Source of the DNA: Squalus acanthias
Taxonomy: Eukaryota
Direction: 5' to 3'
NCBI GenBank assembly: GCA_030390025.1
Contig: CM059446.1
Span: forward strand, 4,092,001-4,156,000
DNA: 64,000 nt
The position numbers and the translations under genes are program-made. The notes below the pieces were generated by a model. That model did not search any database. It was given only the letters and a program-made list of their open reading frames with translations, and was not told the DNA's origin. Below, in pieces: positions 1 to 13,945 of the stretch (the first letter of the stretch is position 1; the number at the start of each line of letters is the position of its first letter).

Positions 1-74
1 CAGCAGAAACTAAAAAGTGAGGAGTTTCAGATGGTGCATCTCTGGGTATCACAGCAACCCAATGGATCCAATTT

Positions 75-284
75 NNNNNNNNNNNNNNNNNNNNNNNNNN
101 NNNNNNNNNNNNNNNNNNNNNNNNNNNNNNNNNNNNNNNNNNNNNNNNNNNNNNNNNNNNNNNNNNNNNNNNNNNNNNNNNNNNNNNNNNNNNNNNNNNN
201 NNNNNNNNNNNNNNNNNNNNNNNNNNNNNNNNNNNNNNNNNNNNNNNNNNNNNNNNNNNNNNNNNNNNNNNNNNNNNNNNNNNN
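75..284. other. Assembly gap (210 N)
   Basis: Run of N from 75 to 284. Confidence 0.99.
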
Positions 285-3200
285 GAAATCATCCCTAATG
301 AACCTCAGATGAAGTCCAATCACTCTTATCCTCCTGTAGAAGAGGTAGTTCTGTGTGACAACCAATACTTGGAGCACATTCACCCTGCTGGCTAAAGCCA
401 CCAGCGAGGTTGTTTGCCATATCGGAAATTTAAGGCCACTAAAATGTTACAAACTGGCTACAAAACCAAATTTAGATCCGACCCAGCATTTATAAATCTG
501 GGAGGTATGGAAAATATTGTCCTAAAAGAACCTTTCAGCAAAAAATGTAGAGAATTGTTAAGACTATGAAATGTACATGTACAAAGCTTGGCTTCAAACG
601 AAGATTTAGGAGCCATGATGATGTTACATAATCAAGTGGTGCTCGTACGTTACAAGACCTGAAAGGACAAACAACTTCTTGGTTTCATCTGACCCAACAG
701 CTGCCCAATGGTGCAGTGGCTAACTCTAGCAACATATGGAGGCTTCCGACATAGTCTGCTTGGCAATGCAGTCTCCCAAAAAAAGTGCTGCTCAACAATG
801 CAAGTGGTCTTGCGAGTGTTTGAGCTCGCAACAAGAAAGGGGACGGAGTCACGAGCACAGTCTGTCCCATATAGATGGTGTTGGAAGGTCGGATCCTCTG
901 GAGAACACCAATATTAAAAAATAAAAATTTTAAAAAGTGATACAACCCTCAAAATTCTCCCCACGACTACTTGGGCTGACGTCAAGTAATTAGTGCAGGA
1001 TGCGAGATTAAGAATACAAATAAAGTTGTGGCTAAAGCATTTTGTTAGTGAAATATTAAGGCAGCTATATCATGAACAGAAGTTAAAAATCAGAAATCTG
1101 CGTAACCAAAGTTACTGTCACCTTTCCATTCCATCTGCTCCTCCACTCATCATTTCAAGAAAAAGACAAAGCAAGTTTAAATGAAGCACAACATTTACAA
1201 CCTGTTGGTTGAGAATCTAGGACTCAACTACTTCAGTAATCAGGCCAGACAACATGCTCCCCTAAGGGGAGCCTTCTTGACTTTGAACACAGACTATCAA
1301 AGGGAAGTGTGCATTAGTCTCACCTGCATGGCCGAGTTCTCGGGTACATGGATTAAAGCAAAATGCTTTTGTGAAGGGGGGTGGACGGGGGAAGAGGGAG
1401 AAAGAGAAGAAAAGAAATTGTGCAGAAAAGCTTAGATCCTTTGAGGTGGTATGTTCTCAATTTCAAGAGTGCCGATCAGATTCAGGATACCGAGAAGAAT
1501 ATTTGGTACCATTTTGTTGGAATGTATTTGCTTGCAACATTTTGGTATCTGCAGGATGCATGTGGCTAGGAAATTCATTGCTTAAATTACACAAATCCTC
1601 ATACTCTAACCATATTCAGGGAGCAAGAATGTTGGGAAAAGATCATCCAGCTAAGACTGCACTAAATCATCTGTACAGCACATCTCAAAACTGGATTTTT
1701 CCTGTAGTTTTAAATGTGCAGAATATAGAACAAACTGAATTATCGTTGCATGGAACAAATTGATTTGTATAACTATGTTAATGGAATCTTTCAGATGAAA
1801 AATTGCCTGCTATATAATTTTCATAAGCAAAAAGTGTGCAGTGCAGAAACAACCAAAGACATCTGGTCTGGTCATTGGTAGCAGAGCTGTAGTTTTCATG
1901 GTCAATTTGCCAGTAAGCAAATGGATTTACAGAGCATGACATGAAGACAAGCTCCTTCGTACCCATGGGCTGGGGCGGGTAACTAATCAAACATTTTTAA
2001 AACTTCCACCATGAAAAAGGGAGGCATTTCAAATTATAAGTGAAAATTTAATACAACTATAAAATGAATTTTGTAGAATCAAAACTGAATTTTTATCCTG
2101 TTTTGTCATCCAAAGCAGCCAAGAATGGCTGGATTTGTCTCATTTCAAATGCTAGTTCTTCTTAGTAGAGCAAGGTTAACTATGTGAAGCTCTTAAGGTA
2201 CTGTAATGTACAGTTCCATGTATACAGACATGCTGAGTGGATTACAGTGGACTTTACAGGACCCTAAAGTGGTTCGCCTGTTAAATCCAACAATAAGCAG
2301 CACAACCGGTTTGCCAAGAAATACTCGGATTTGGGCAAAATTCTGTCGACAGAATTATCTGCAACTCCATCCATTTATTCATTCAATCTCCAGCAGTTTA
2401 AATTAAAACAGGGCTTTCTTTTCCCCCCAGTTATATTTTCAACCCTTCCTGAATACTAACCATGATGTGCTCTCCTCTAACTTCGGCGGGGGGGGGCGGT
2501 AAAATGAAGAAAGGTTGTCTGGGTTGCTTACTGTTGTACCACTATGGTTATTACCATTGATGGAAGTGCAATTCAAACAGGCGTTGGCAACAAAATGGCC
2601 TAAAACAAAACACACTTCATGTAGATAATGTGACAAGGGGCCCAGGAACAGACATCAGAAACTTTCTTGTCGGAAGCAAATGAGTATCTGCCTGTTTGGC
2701 CTCCGAGTACACCTTCTTTCAATATTTATTTTTCTTCACTATTTATTTTCTCCCTGAGGCACTGTATTCCCAATTCTCTGCCAATGATGCTCAAGCTTGT
2801 CTGAAGGAGACTCGCCCACTGATTCCTCCTCCAGTAAGGAATCACGTAAATCTCAGGATGGGCAATAAATGCTAGCCTTGCCAGCGACGCCCACATCCCA
2901 GGAACAAATAAAAAAATCTCTGCCCTACATCTCTCCCTAACATGCTGCTTTGTGGCAAACATATTGATGGCCCTGTGCATCCACAGTTTAAAGTCCATTT
3001 TATGCCTCAATATTTTCTTTTAAAAAGATAAGTTTTTGATATTCGTAAGATGAGCAACACTTTCTACTACCAGACTCCAATCACTGAAAAAGGTCCTGTA
3101 GGTCTGTGGAGCTGAAGGTACCACATCACAAGAGAAATTAAAGAGCAGTGAGCCAAAAAGCCACCCAAATTAAAATGGGAGAGAAACTGTACTTCACTTT

Positions 3201-3439
3201 TACTTTACTGAAACACAAAAATGTATGTGCAGGAGAAAACTTTTGATGCGTTCAAAGTAGAAGCGATATTGATTGAAGAATCCTTAATGGATGACTCGTT
3301 ACATTGTGTGTGCAACAACAACTTGTATTTACATAGCGCCTTTAGCGTAGTAAAATGTCCCAAGCAGCTTCTCGAGCGTTATCAAACAAAAGTTGACACC
3401 GAGCCACAGAGATATTAGGGCAAATTAAGTAGGTTTTCT

Positions 3440-5790
3440 CTACTTAGGCAGTCCCTCGGAACCGAGGATGACTTGCTTCCACACTAAAAATGAGTTCTCA
3501 GGTGACTGATGTGTCCAATGCGGGACCTACAGTCTTTGTCACAGGTGGGGCAGACGGTGGGTGGGCTGCTTGGGTTGACGAGCGCTCCTTCCGCTGTTTG
3601 CACTTGGCTTCCACTTGCTCCCGCCAAAGAGACTCGAGGTGTTCAGCGCCTTCCCGGATGATTCTCCTCCACTTTGTGCGGTTTTGGGCCAGGGATGCCC
3701 AGGTGTCGGTGGGGATGTTGCACTTTTTCCAAGGAGGCTTTGAGGGTGTCCTTGAAGCGTTTCCTCTGCCCACCTGGGGCTCTCTTGCCGTGTCGGAGCT
3801 CCAAGTAGAGCGCTTGTTTTGGGAGTCTCGTATCGGGCATGCGGCCCGTCCATCAGAGCTGATCGAGCGTGGTCAGAGCTTCGATGCTGGGGATGTTGGC
3901 CTGAGCTAGAACACGGACGTTGGTGCGCCTATCCTGCCAATGGATTTGCAGGATCTTGTGGAGGCAGCATTGGTGGTACCTCTCCAGTGCTTTGAGGTGC
4001 CTGCTGTACATGGTCCATGGCTCTGAAGTATACAGGAGGGCAGGTATCACTACTACCCTGTAGACCATGAGTTTGGTGCCGGGTTTGAAGTCCTGGTCTT
4101 CAAACACTCTCTTCCTCAGGCGACCGAAGGCTGCACTGCACACTGAAGGCGGTGTTGGACTTTGTCATCGACGTCTGCCCTTGTTGACAGTAGGCTCCAG
4201 AGGTATGGAAAGTGGTCCACATTGTCCAAGGCCTCGTCGTGGATTTTGATAGTCTGGGGGCAGTACTGTGTGGCAGGGGCAAGTTGGTAGAGGACCTTTG
4301 TCTTACGGATGTTTAATGTAAGGCCCATACTCTCGTACGCTTCGGTGAAGGTGCAGACTATGGTTTTGGAGTTGGACCTCAGAGTGTGCGCAGACGCAAG
4401 CGTCGTCTGCATACTGTAATTCAATGACAGGAGGATGGGACGACCTTGGATCTGGACTGGAGGCGACGGAGGTTGAATAGTTTCCCGTTTGTTTGTAGAT
4501 TAGCTCCACTCCAGCGGGGAACTTACTGAGGGTGAGATGGAGCATTGCAGCAAGGAAGATCGAGAAGAGCGTTGGTGCGATGACACAGCCTTGCTTGCCC
4601 CCGGTCCATATGTGAATTGGGTCTGTAGTGGATCCGTTGGTCAGGATCCCGGCTTGCATGTCGTCGTGAAACAGGCAGAGGATGATGACAAACTTTGGAG
4701 GGCAGCCGAATTTGAGGACACTCCATAATCCCTCACGGTTGACAGTGTCAAAGGCCTTTGTGAGGTCAAAGGCAGCCATGTACAGCAGTTGGTGCTGTTC
4801 ACTGCATTTGTCTTGTAATTGACGTGCAGTGAAGATCATGTCCATTGTGCCCCTTAGTGGGTGGAATCCACATTGCGACTCTGGGAGGAGCTCTTCAGCC
4901 ACTGGGAGAAGGCGATTGAGGAGGATTCTTGCGATGACTTTCCCTGTGGCAGGCAGCAAGGAAACGCCTCTGTAATTACCGCAATTGGACTTGTCACCTT
5001 TCTTGAAGATGGTCACAATTATGGCGTCTCCGAGATCCCCTGGCATGCTCTCCTCCTTCCAAATAAGAGAAATGAGTTCATGTATTCACGCCAATAGTGC
5101 TTCGGCAGGGATCCCATCTGATCCTGAGGCCTTCTTGTTCTCCAGTTGTCGGATGGCCTTTTCAACCTCATGCCGGGCTGGGGTTGCACCGAGGTGGTGG
5201 CGGGTAGCATGCTGCGGGATGGAGTTGAGGACACTCGCGTCAAAGACAGAGTCTCGGTTAAGGAGATCTTCAAAGTGCTCCTTCCAGCGGGCACTGACTG
5301 CCTTTGTCCTTGATGAGTACCTCTCCGTTCTTGGCCCGCAGTGGGGTAGGACCTTGGGTGCTTAGGCCGTAGGTGGTCTTGACTGCGCTAAAGAATCCAC
5401 GCACGTCATGGTTGTCGGTTGGTGCTGGATCTGCTGTGCTTTCTCCACCCACCATCTGTTCTTTAGGTCGCGAATTTTTTGTTGGACCTCGGCCTTCAGG
5501 CGGCTGTACAGCTGCTTTCTTGCTCTCAAGTTGTGTTGCTGTTTTCAGATCAGGAATGCCTTGCGCTTGCGGCTTATTAGCTCCTGGATCTCCTGGTCGT
5601 TCTCGTCAAACCAGTCTTGTTGTTTTCTGCTCGACTGACCGAGCGTCTCTTCACAGGTGATGATTATGGAGGCTTTGAATGCAGACCAGGCGCTGTGGAC
5701 ACTCGTGTCTCTGAATCACTGGGAGTCGTCAGGTTGGTTATGAGGCGCAGGCTGAATAGGGTTTTCTTAGCAGGGGCTTTGAGGTCTGTA
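3440..5790 (-). mobile_element. RTE-clade LINE, 5'-truncated, frameshifted ORF2 (RT domain and C-terminus)
   Basis: Consecutive minus-strand ORF fragments with RT motifs: KKGDKSNCGNYRGVSLL, ESQCGFHPLRGTMDMIF, FDLTKAFDTVNR, KQGCVIAPTLF, LQYADD. Followed by MPDTRLPKQALYLEL...GGQRKRFKD, typical of RTE C-termini. Several frameshifts. Confidence 0.9.
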
Positions 5791-5814
5791 TGGACTCGCC
5801 ATAGTCTGTATGGA

Positions 5815-5905
5815 CTCTCTCCACAGATGCTGCCTGATCGGAGTATTTCCAGCATGTTCTGTTTTTATTTCAGACTTCCAGCAGGCACAGTATTTTATTT
5901 TTGTT
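5815..5905 (+). mobile_element. Penelope-like element terminal-repeat fragment
   Basis: ctctctccacagatgctgcctga...tatttccagcat...cagtatttt matches the repeat at 42450-42545 and 57046-57140. Confidence 0.6.
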
Positions 5906-6847
5906 GCATCCATAATCTAAATGGCAGTACGTACATGAAATGAAAACCAAAACATTACTGCAAAATAATTAATTTTAGCTACAATTTTCCATAATTTCTC
6001 AATGAAAAAAGCACTAAACTCAAGCACTAACATGACATTACTGTAAAAGCTAGAGTTGGAAAAGACCGAACCCTGAGGTTGCACTATATCCTTATTAAAC
6101 AAACAGAAACTGGAGGAAAAAAAACTAAAAGGGGAGAAGCAGAGATCTGAATACAAAGAAAAATATAATGGCAACCACTGAAAGATGAAGCCAGAGCACG
6201 TGAGTACACGAGTGTGCGTATGAATGTATGCACTGGCTCGTATTCATACAAATGGCAGTACTTAATAGGTAATCTGTTTTAATTATCAAAACATTCTTCT
6301 AAATTTTCTGCTTCTAAAAATACATGTAGATGTTTGTATCACACATGTATCAAAAATGTGACTGATGAGCTGTGACCAAGTGTCAGATAAACTCAAACCT
6401 GTGGTATCAAACATTTCCCATAAACCAACATATCACTGACAACTGTGAAACAAAGTTGGCTGATGAAGTTAAATGATGATATAATACAAGCAAAATCTCT
6501 GCAAATAGCTGAATAAAGACCAACATACCATCTACCGTACTAAATTGTCCGTACGATGTCTCGTATATCAGATCATTTCATTCCAAAAATGCAGATACAG
6601 GAAACTTGTCTATAAATGTGAAACTGTGACGGGATTTAATCACGAAAACTTGAATTTTCAAATGTTATTAGGAGAACAGATAATAACCACGGAACCTTAA
6701 TTTGAATATTTGGACCCAACAGTAAATCTGAATATGTTAATGGTCACCTTGCAGGAGGTTAAGTGGCTATCCAAAAGTTATTGAAACAAATATTACATTG
6801 ACATACCACTTTCAAGAAAAGCTTCCTCTGTTCAGTCTGCAAGTGTG

Positions 6848-6935
6848 ACCCTGAGCTTCCAGTTGCCTGCCACTTTAATTCCCCATCCCACTTCCACTCT
6901 GACCTTGGCCTCCTACACTGTTCCAATGAAGCTCC
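6848..6935 (+). mobile_element. Penelope-like GIY-YIG endonuclease C-terminal relic
   Basis: gaccctgagcttccagttgcctgccactttaattcc translates as DPELPVACHFNSPSH, resembling the PVAxHFN motif of Penelope endonuclease ends. Confidence 0.55.
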
Positions 6936-7139
6936 TCACCTTGGTGGACATAAGGTACATTTTACATGCACGCACAACACAATATGTGTTGGTCGGTCTC
7001 CCATGGCATTGCACATTATGCTATTTGCCTCTACTACTCCTTATGGTAGCACATTCCACATTCTCTGGGCAAAGTAGTTTCTGGGAAAAGAAGTTTCGCC
7101 TGAATTCCCTATGGGATTTATTAGTGACTATCTTATATA

Positions 7140-7630
7140 TTTTTTTTTTATTCGTTCATGGGATGTGGGCGTCGCTGGCAAGGGTAGCATTTATTGCCCA
7201 TCCCTAATTGCCCTCGAGAAGGTGATGGTAAGTATATTCAAGGCTGAGATAGATAGATTTTGGGACTCTAGGGGAATCAAGGGATATGGCGATCAGGTGG
7301 GAAAGTGGAGTGGAGGTCGAAGATCAGCCATGATCTTACTGAATGGCGGAACAGGCTCGAAGGGTCGTATGGACTACTCCTGCTCCTAATTCTTACGTTA
7401 TGTTCTTATGGTGAGCCATCTTCTTGAACTGCTGAAGTCCACGCAGTGAAGGTACTCCCATAGTGTTGTTAGGGAGTGCTGTTACGGCCCCTAGTTTTGG
7501 TCTCCCCCACAAGCAAAAGCATCTTCTCTACATCGAACCCTTTCATAATCTTCAAGACCTCTATCAAATCACCTCTTAGCCTTCTCTTTTCTAGAGAAAA
7601 GAATCCCAGCTTGCTCAATCCTTCCTCAGT
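7140..7630. mobile_element. Nested retroelement fragments: CR1-type 3' end (7230-7410, +) inserted within another non-LTR 3' end (-), followed by a CR1 piece (-)
   Basis: agatagatagatt...gatcagccatgatctt..tgaatggcgga..aggctcga tail shared with 25835-26005, 31380-31560 and 56640-56800. The host element resumes at ggtgagccatcttcttgaactg. Confidence 0.7.
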
Positions 7631-7684
7631 AAAGCTTTTGAAATTTGTCCTCTACCTTTTCTTCAAACATTTTTGAAGAATGTA

Positions 7685-7810
7685 GGGCAGAAATTGCGAC
7701 AAGCTAAAGAAAAAAATATCTCTCCGTATAGCTGACTGAATGGGACTCATGCATCCTGGGAAATTGGGCGCACTGCACATGCGTAGACTGCACAATCCAA
7801 ATTCAGCCCA
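7685..7810. mobile_element. Short MITE-like relic with imperfect terminal inverted repeats
   Basis: gggcagaaattg ... caaattcagccc termini. The internal gcacatgcgtag motif resembles the larger element at 26806-27555. Confidence 0.4.
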
Positions 7811-9304
7811 CAGCCACACAGCTCGAGGTGAAAATATCAACTCCAAGCCCAGGCTTTTGGGATAGGCTAAGAACTTCAAGTGAAACTTTAATGAAGGCAT
7901 TTGGAGACACAAAACACAATTCAAGGTGCGAGTTTAATCATATCCCATGGTGCAGATCTCTGAAGTGATTTGTTCTCCACACCGCTGTTTTTTCCTCAAC
8001 TGAATTATAACCTGTCTGAGCAGTAGATAAGATTGACAGACAGCATACAAATAATGCAGTTGACAGCAGCAAATTATTGATCCCAGAGTTACAGAAATTA
8101 CTACAAAAGCTTGTAATGCCTAGACTGACTGCGTCCACTTGGTCAATTTTCTAACCCAACTGACAGTTTAACCTACAGCACTGGTTTACAGTGACGGAAT
8201 AAGTCAAATCCTATTTTTAACCTGGGTTTCCAGGATTCTAACAATTGGTGTTTTGAGGATTGCATTCCATAAAGTTACAATTAGGACCATTGGTTGATAA
8301 AAACAGAATTCATTTACTCAGTTACTATTACATGGAATTCATGATTTTTACCATTGTTTTGGGGATGAATTGTCACAATTCTATCCAGGGCTCTGTGAAA
8401 TCTGTTAATCACAGCCTTTCTTTTTTTTTTATGCATTCTGCAGTCTGTGATTTAAGATTTTGGCAGGCAATTGTCCACATTCTATTATTCTTCTAACTTC
8501 AGTTAGTTTTCACTATTACCGGTTTTTTACTCAAATGTAACACGTCTACAAGCAGTGCATATAGTGTTTCAATCAAAGGGTATTAAAAAAGGCTAACAGT
8601 ATCACAGACGCACTTACACAGGTACAGTGAACAAAGCACCAAAATTATTGCACAAAGGAAGAATGGGGTTGAAAATACTGACATTTTACAGATGTTCTAG
8701 GCCAGCTTGTTGAGATGTTGACATGTTTTACATGTTTTAAATGATCCACACTGAATGTCAGCTATTATTAGTGACAAATTGCACATTGCCAGTGAAAACC
8801 AAAAGGCTCTTCCTTTTTCAGGTAGTCAAGATCAAAACTTTGCCCGAAGCCCTTAAAAAATGCATTCGTCTCGAAAGTGTCAGCACGTACCTAGTCAAAC
8901 AATGCAGTGGATAAACGGCTTAAGTGTGACTAACTGGTAATGGAACAATCATTCCAAAGGCAACGTCTTTTCTGTTCCAGAGTCAAATAATTACATATTC
9001 ATAGAGGGAGCAAATGACACTTTCTTGCTTTCACATACTGCTCCATCTGGTGGCCTAGCCATAAACAAACCAAAGTCACCTGGCAGCCCTGGTAGGTGAA
9101 CTTAACCTTCTGGTTGAGAATCACTTGTGGTTATGGACTGCTCATTGGTTTTTTAAAACAACTTCACAGTAAGAATAAAGGCTCTAAATATTTACATGAA
9201 TGGAAATACCGATACACGATCCTTTTAAAAATTGCGAACCTATTTAATTTCTATGAGGCTCCTCGCATATTTTACTCTGGGGCACATTTACATTCCTCAA
9301 TCAC

Positions 9305-9690
9305 ATTAGATTTTAAAATTCTCATCCCTGTTTTCAAATCCCTCCATGGCCTCGCCCCTGCCTATCCCTGTAACTTCCTCCAGCCCGACAACATCTCTGC
9401 ACTCCTCCAATTCTGGCCTCTTGCACATCCCCGATTTTCATCGCTCCACCATTGGCGGCCGTGCCTTCAGCTGCCTGGGCCCAAAGCTCTGGAATTTCCT
9501 CCCTAAACCCATCCGTCTCTCTATCCTCCTTTAAAAAAGCTCCTTAAAACCGAACACTTTGACCAAGCCCTAATCATCTCATTCTGTGGCTCAATGCCAA
9601 ATTTTTTGTTTGCTAATCGCTCCTGTGAAGCACCTTGAAACATCTTACTACATTAATGGTGCTATATAAATGTAAGAAGTTGTTGCTGCT
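9305..9690 (+). mobile_element. L2-clade LINE 3' end
   Basis: Encodes FKILIPVFKSLHGLAPAY and GGRAFSCLGPKLWNFLP (L2 ORF2 C-terminus). Ends gctatataaatgtaag...ttgttg. Related copies at 51030-51355 (+) and 10600-10790, 18660-18920, 3313-3420 (-). Confidence 0.8.
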
Positions 9691-11311
9691 TTGAAAATGC
9701 CATAATCTTACTGGCTGGGTGATGTGCTTTCAAACTCAACTGCCCTAATGGGCGTCCACCACCATCTCCAGTTGACCATTAGTGATAACAGAGCCTTCTT
9801 TACTTCTGTTCAACTGCTTACTGCCGAAATTGGACAATATCTTTTGAAAGCTGCAAAAAAAACAGCAAAATGGGCCCATAATCCAATTGCTTCTGATAAT
9901 GCTAAACAATAAATATTGGTGGCAAACTGTATTATTCAATGGATTTCAAACTAATAGGAAGATCTGAGGATTCAAAGTGCAGTACAAATAGGACATTTGA
10001 AGGACTATGCTTCAACCAATCTAACTATTCTTTATTCCCATTGCAAGCCAGTCTTCTCCCTATACAATTAATTAAAAGCTCCAACGTTAATTTAAGTGGT
10101 TGCTAATTATAGCCAGGAAACAAGAGGCCTACACCAAACATTACTCAATGGAATTCAATGACCATCATAATGAGCACTGCCTCTGAAGTTCACTAGTTTA
10201 TTCTGTAAATGTCTTACACAATGTTTCTGTCACCAAGTTACAAACCTAAGTGATTAATTACCTCCTGCTGGGACACTTAAATTATTCAGCACATATAACT
10301 GAACCATGCTTAAAAAAACCAACAGTTGCATCCTTCCTCACACCAGGCCTAAGCCGAGCTGTCAGTCCTCGTTTAAACCTCCGTTAACTGCTCAGATTTA
10401 CAGCTCGAAGTACAATTTCTTGGCAGCTGGCTGTATGAATCTATTTATAGCTGGGTTAATTAGGTTAAATTTTAAAGGTTTTATGTTGCACACCTCATAA
10501 TGATCAGCAAGTAAAAGGTGGTGACTTTAAAAATAACTAGTTGCTGTAAATTGGTCATCAAATCCTTCATTTTGATTGCAACAAATCAAACCTGATGTGC
10601 AACAACAACTTGCATTTATATAGCAATCCTTAACGTAGTAAAATGTCGCAAGGAACTTTACTCGAGCGCAATCAGAAAGAAAATTGAGAGCCGAAGAAGG
10701 AGACATTACGACAGGTGACCAAAAGTTTGGTCAAAGAGGTAAATTTTGAGGAGGGTCTTAAATGAGAGAGAGGTGGAGAGGTTTAGGGAAACCATTAAAC
10801 TTAACAAAATTATTCTATTACCTTTGCAACACTTCAAATTCTAAAGTCAGAAATTTCTACCTTCGATAATTTCCCAAAAATTCAACACTGACTCCCTGTT
10901 TTTCGCCTTGCAGTCAAGCTGGATCAATTTCCTGTTTATCCTCAACAAATGCCAGTAGTGAAAATCTTGATAAAAGCCAATGACATGATCCTTACAAGTT
11001 ATTGGTATTAGTCATAAAAAAAATGCACTGGAGTTTGTGTTATAAGAGCAGCATAGGATGGCTATCACGTCATTTCCCTTCCCCAACGAGAAGTATCTGA
11101 CACCCCCCACTTGGCATCTCCCCTAACGGCATAATGAAAATCGGAGAAGAGAAATGAAAAACAACATTATGGTTCTGATTAACCAAGTTGACTAAATCGG
11201 TTAGGAACATTTATTACTGAATAATATGTACTATTATTTACTTCAGAATAGCTTCTCAGGTAGTACACATCATTCATTTAATGAAAATGACCACTGGTAG
11301 TAGCCAGAGTA

Positions 11312-11791
11312 CAGTAAACTCTTGCGTATCCGGCACCTACAGGACCAGGATGGTGCCGGTTGATTAAAAATTCCGGATAATGGAGAGGTACACCTACCGA
11401 GGCAATTTATATATTGGCCGACCTCAGACCAGAAGGTGGTAATTCTGTGGGGGTGTTCCGAACTCAGGAGAGGAGGTGGGACATGGAGTGGCAATGGCCC
11501 AAGCTGGTTTTGTAAAAGCTGAAGGAGCACACCTGCTTATTCTGGCCCCACAAATATACAGTAAAACTTACCTTTGGGTTCCTCTTTGGCTGGTCGGCCA
11601 GCTGATACTGTGCGGGGAAGATTGCAGCGCCCACAGCGACGGCGGGAACAAGTGGTAAGTCATTCCCCACCATTTTCGGGACACTACTGCCCCGTTCCTT
11701 CTGGGGCGGAAGCCTCAAAACCTACTCCTGAATTTTGCCGGTTATTAAAGAATTCCGGATGATTAAGTGCCATTTAAACAAGAGTTTACTG
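11312..11791. mobile_element. Tc1/mariner (Tigger/pogo-like) non-autonomous DNA transposon
   Basis: Perfect 13-bp TIR CAGTAAACTCTTG ... CAAGAGTTTACTG flanked by TA on both sides (11310-11311, 11792-11793). Subterminal gccggtt..attaaa.aattccggat repeats at both ends. Confidence 0.85.
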
Positions 11792-13694
11792 TACCATGAA
11801 GATTTGCAAGAAACTTTATTGTTGGATAATTTCCCTACACTTCATCTGCATGCAAGATCCAATGTGATGCATGTTCTAAAGGTTCCATTACTGCTAATAG
11901 AAATGTATTTCCATTTTGACACTTTAAAAAAAAAAGTACAACAATTCTACTTCCCAGGGAAGTAGTTCTTTCACAAGTGGAGTTATTATTTCAGGAAATA
12001 AAGCATCAGTCAATGTCCTGGAAAACACCACATGGTTTTAAATCTTATATGGCAATACTCAGAAAGAAAGCGTAAATATAGGCCCCTGTCCAAAGCAAAC
12101 AAAACAGCCTCTCATAGCTAACCTGGCTGCTGACTTCATCCCAGATAGTGTCACGTTATGTATGCCCTTGAACATTCTTTTGCAAATAAGGGTCTGGTTG
12201 TGAAGACACACTTAAAATGATGACAAACAAGATTGTCAGAAATGCTATGTTTAAAATGATCAACTAAAACCTGTTCCAACCCAAAGAGACTGACAGAGAA
12301 CTATTAACTGCATTTTTCTTACTAACAGGGAAACGTGTCTGTAAATTTAATTCAAGCGAGTGGTGGAGGGAGAAAGGGGAGCCTGTTGCAGCTGTCACTC
12401 AAACTCCAACTTGCCACTGAGCCTTGTGGTTGTCTGGGATTCACTAAATGCTTGTATTTGTATGAATAAAAATGAGGGGATTTAGCAGCTCTGTTCCTCC
12501 ACAAAGCTATCAAACTCTGACCTTTACAGCAAGAAAATGATTTTTTTTAAAAAGCACATCTCACAAGCAAGGGCGATGTCTACCTATTGTTTTACAGTAC
12601 CATTAAAAAAAGAAACAGACAAATTACTGCAGGAAAAATTCTGCTCGATAACTGAAGAATACATTTCTCTAACAAACACAATTTCAGCAGCTACTCTGCA
12701 AATCTCTGGAAAAGCAGAACGCACCTAAAGAAACCCATGCCATTGGGGAATGAATCAGTTATCATCCAACTTCAGTGATTTCTCCCCCCTCCCCCAAACA
12801 TGACAACCACAAGTGTTTCCTCAATTGCACGCAGACTTGCCAATTCCCTCACTGTATTGTCTTTGTAAAAAAATATATAGTCCCAGAAGTGCAGGAAATT
12901 ATTTTCAGAATATAGACAGCACTTCCTTTCCCAGAACAATCCATCTCTCGACTCGACAGACTGTCTACTATATTTACCCAACCGAATTTGCAGATGATAT
13001 ACTTCCAGCTGCACAATACACACATGTTCCTGTCAATCACTTGTTAAAGAAGATATAGAGAACTGTGCACTAGGAAATGAACTGGTAACTAAAATTCATC
13101 ACAAGGCCATTTCTTCCAAATGATTTAATCGTAACACTGTGAATAGTATAAAATTATATGCTCAGTCTCTGCAGTAACTGCATTTTTAAACATATATAAA
13201 AATGATAAATCACAAGCCCCAAGTCAAAAGTTTCAATCAACTGAAATAAAAAAGAAATCACTGCTGCCTAGGGTGGCACTCATTACGAGTAGAATTCATA
13301 ATTTAAATCTGTTCACATCAAATAATAGGAATTAAGATGTTCAATGTGCCAGGCAAAGACAAACTGAAGATTTTAAACTGTTCTGCTTAACTGTTTGACA
13401 TGTTACGGTTCACAATCAAGGTTACCACAAAATTGCACTTTCAATGTGCTGTATTTCCAAGATTTTTGTTGGAACAGGGAGCATATTTGCTTCTAAACGA
13501 TCAGCCAGAAGGACACAGCTCACAATACCACCTCTTACTTCTCATTTACAAAGCCACACAAAAGGTGACAACGATCACGGTCATGTCCACTCCATATATA
13601 TGGCAACCATCCGTCTCGAAAGACCATGGTGTCGGCGCTAAAGTGGTTCAGTTACTTTGCTGTAACATTGAGAGTGGCTGAAGATCCAATTCTC

Positions 13695-13945
13695 AAGTGC
13701 CACATGTGAAGCAGATGTAAATCACAGAGCCAGATGAAGAAGTCCCCACAGTGTTAACTCTCGAATTCTGATGCGCTTTCCTCTCTGCTCTCTTCTCTTT
13801 CCTCTCTCTCAGCCACCTCTCTTCAGGCTCTTTTGCTCCCCGGTGTTGCACAGCCCTCCAGTGCAACCTGTTAGCAATATCTTCCCAGCTTGCGGTATCC
13901 ATGTTAAAGGTTTTCAAGTCCCTCTTTAAACCCAAGCCTCGGTCA
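13695..13945 (-). mobile_element. RTE LINE C-terminal fragment
   Basis: LKRDLKTFNMDTASWEDIA..R..WR..V..G ... YICFTCGT, an RTE C-terminus leading into a zinc-knuckle start. Confidence 0.65.

Noticed and set aside
17-401. ORFs at the window start
   Set aside because: They only exist because they span the N gap.
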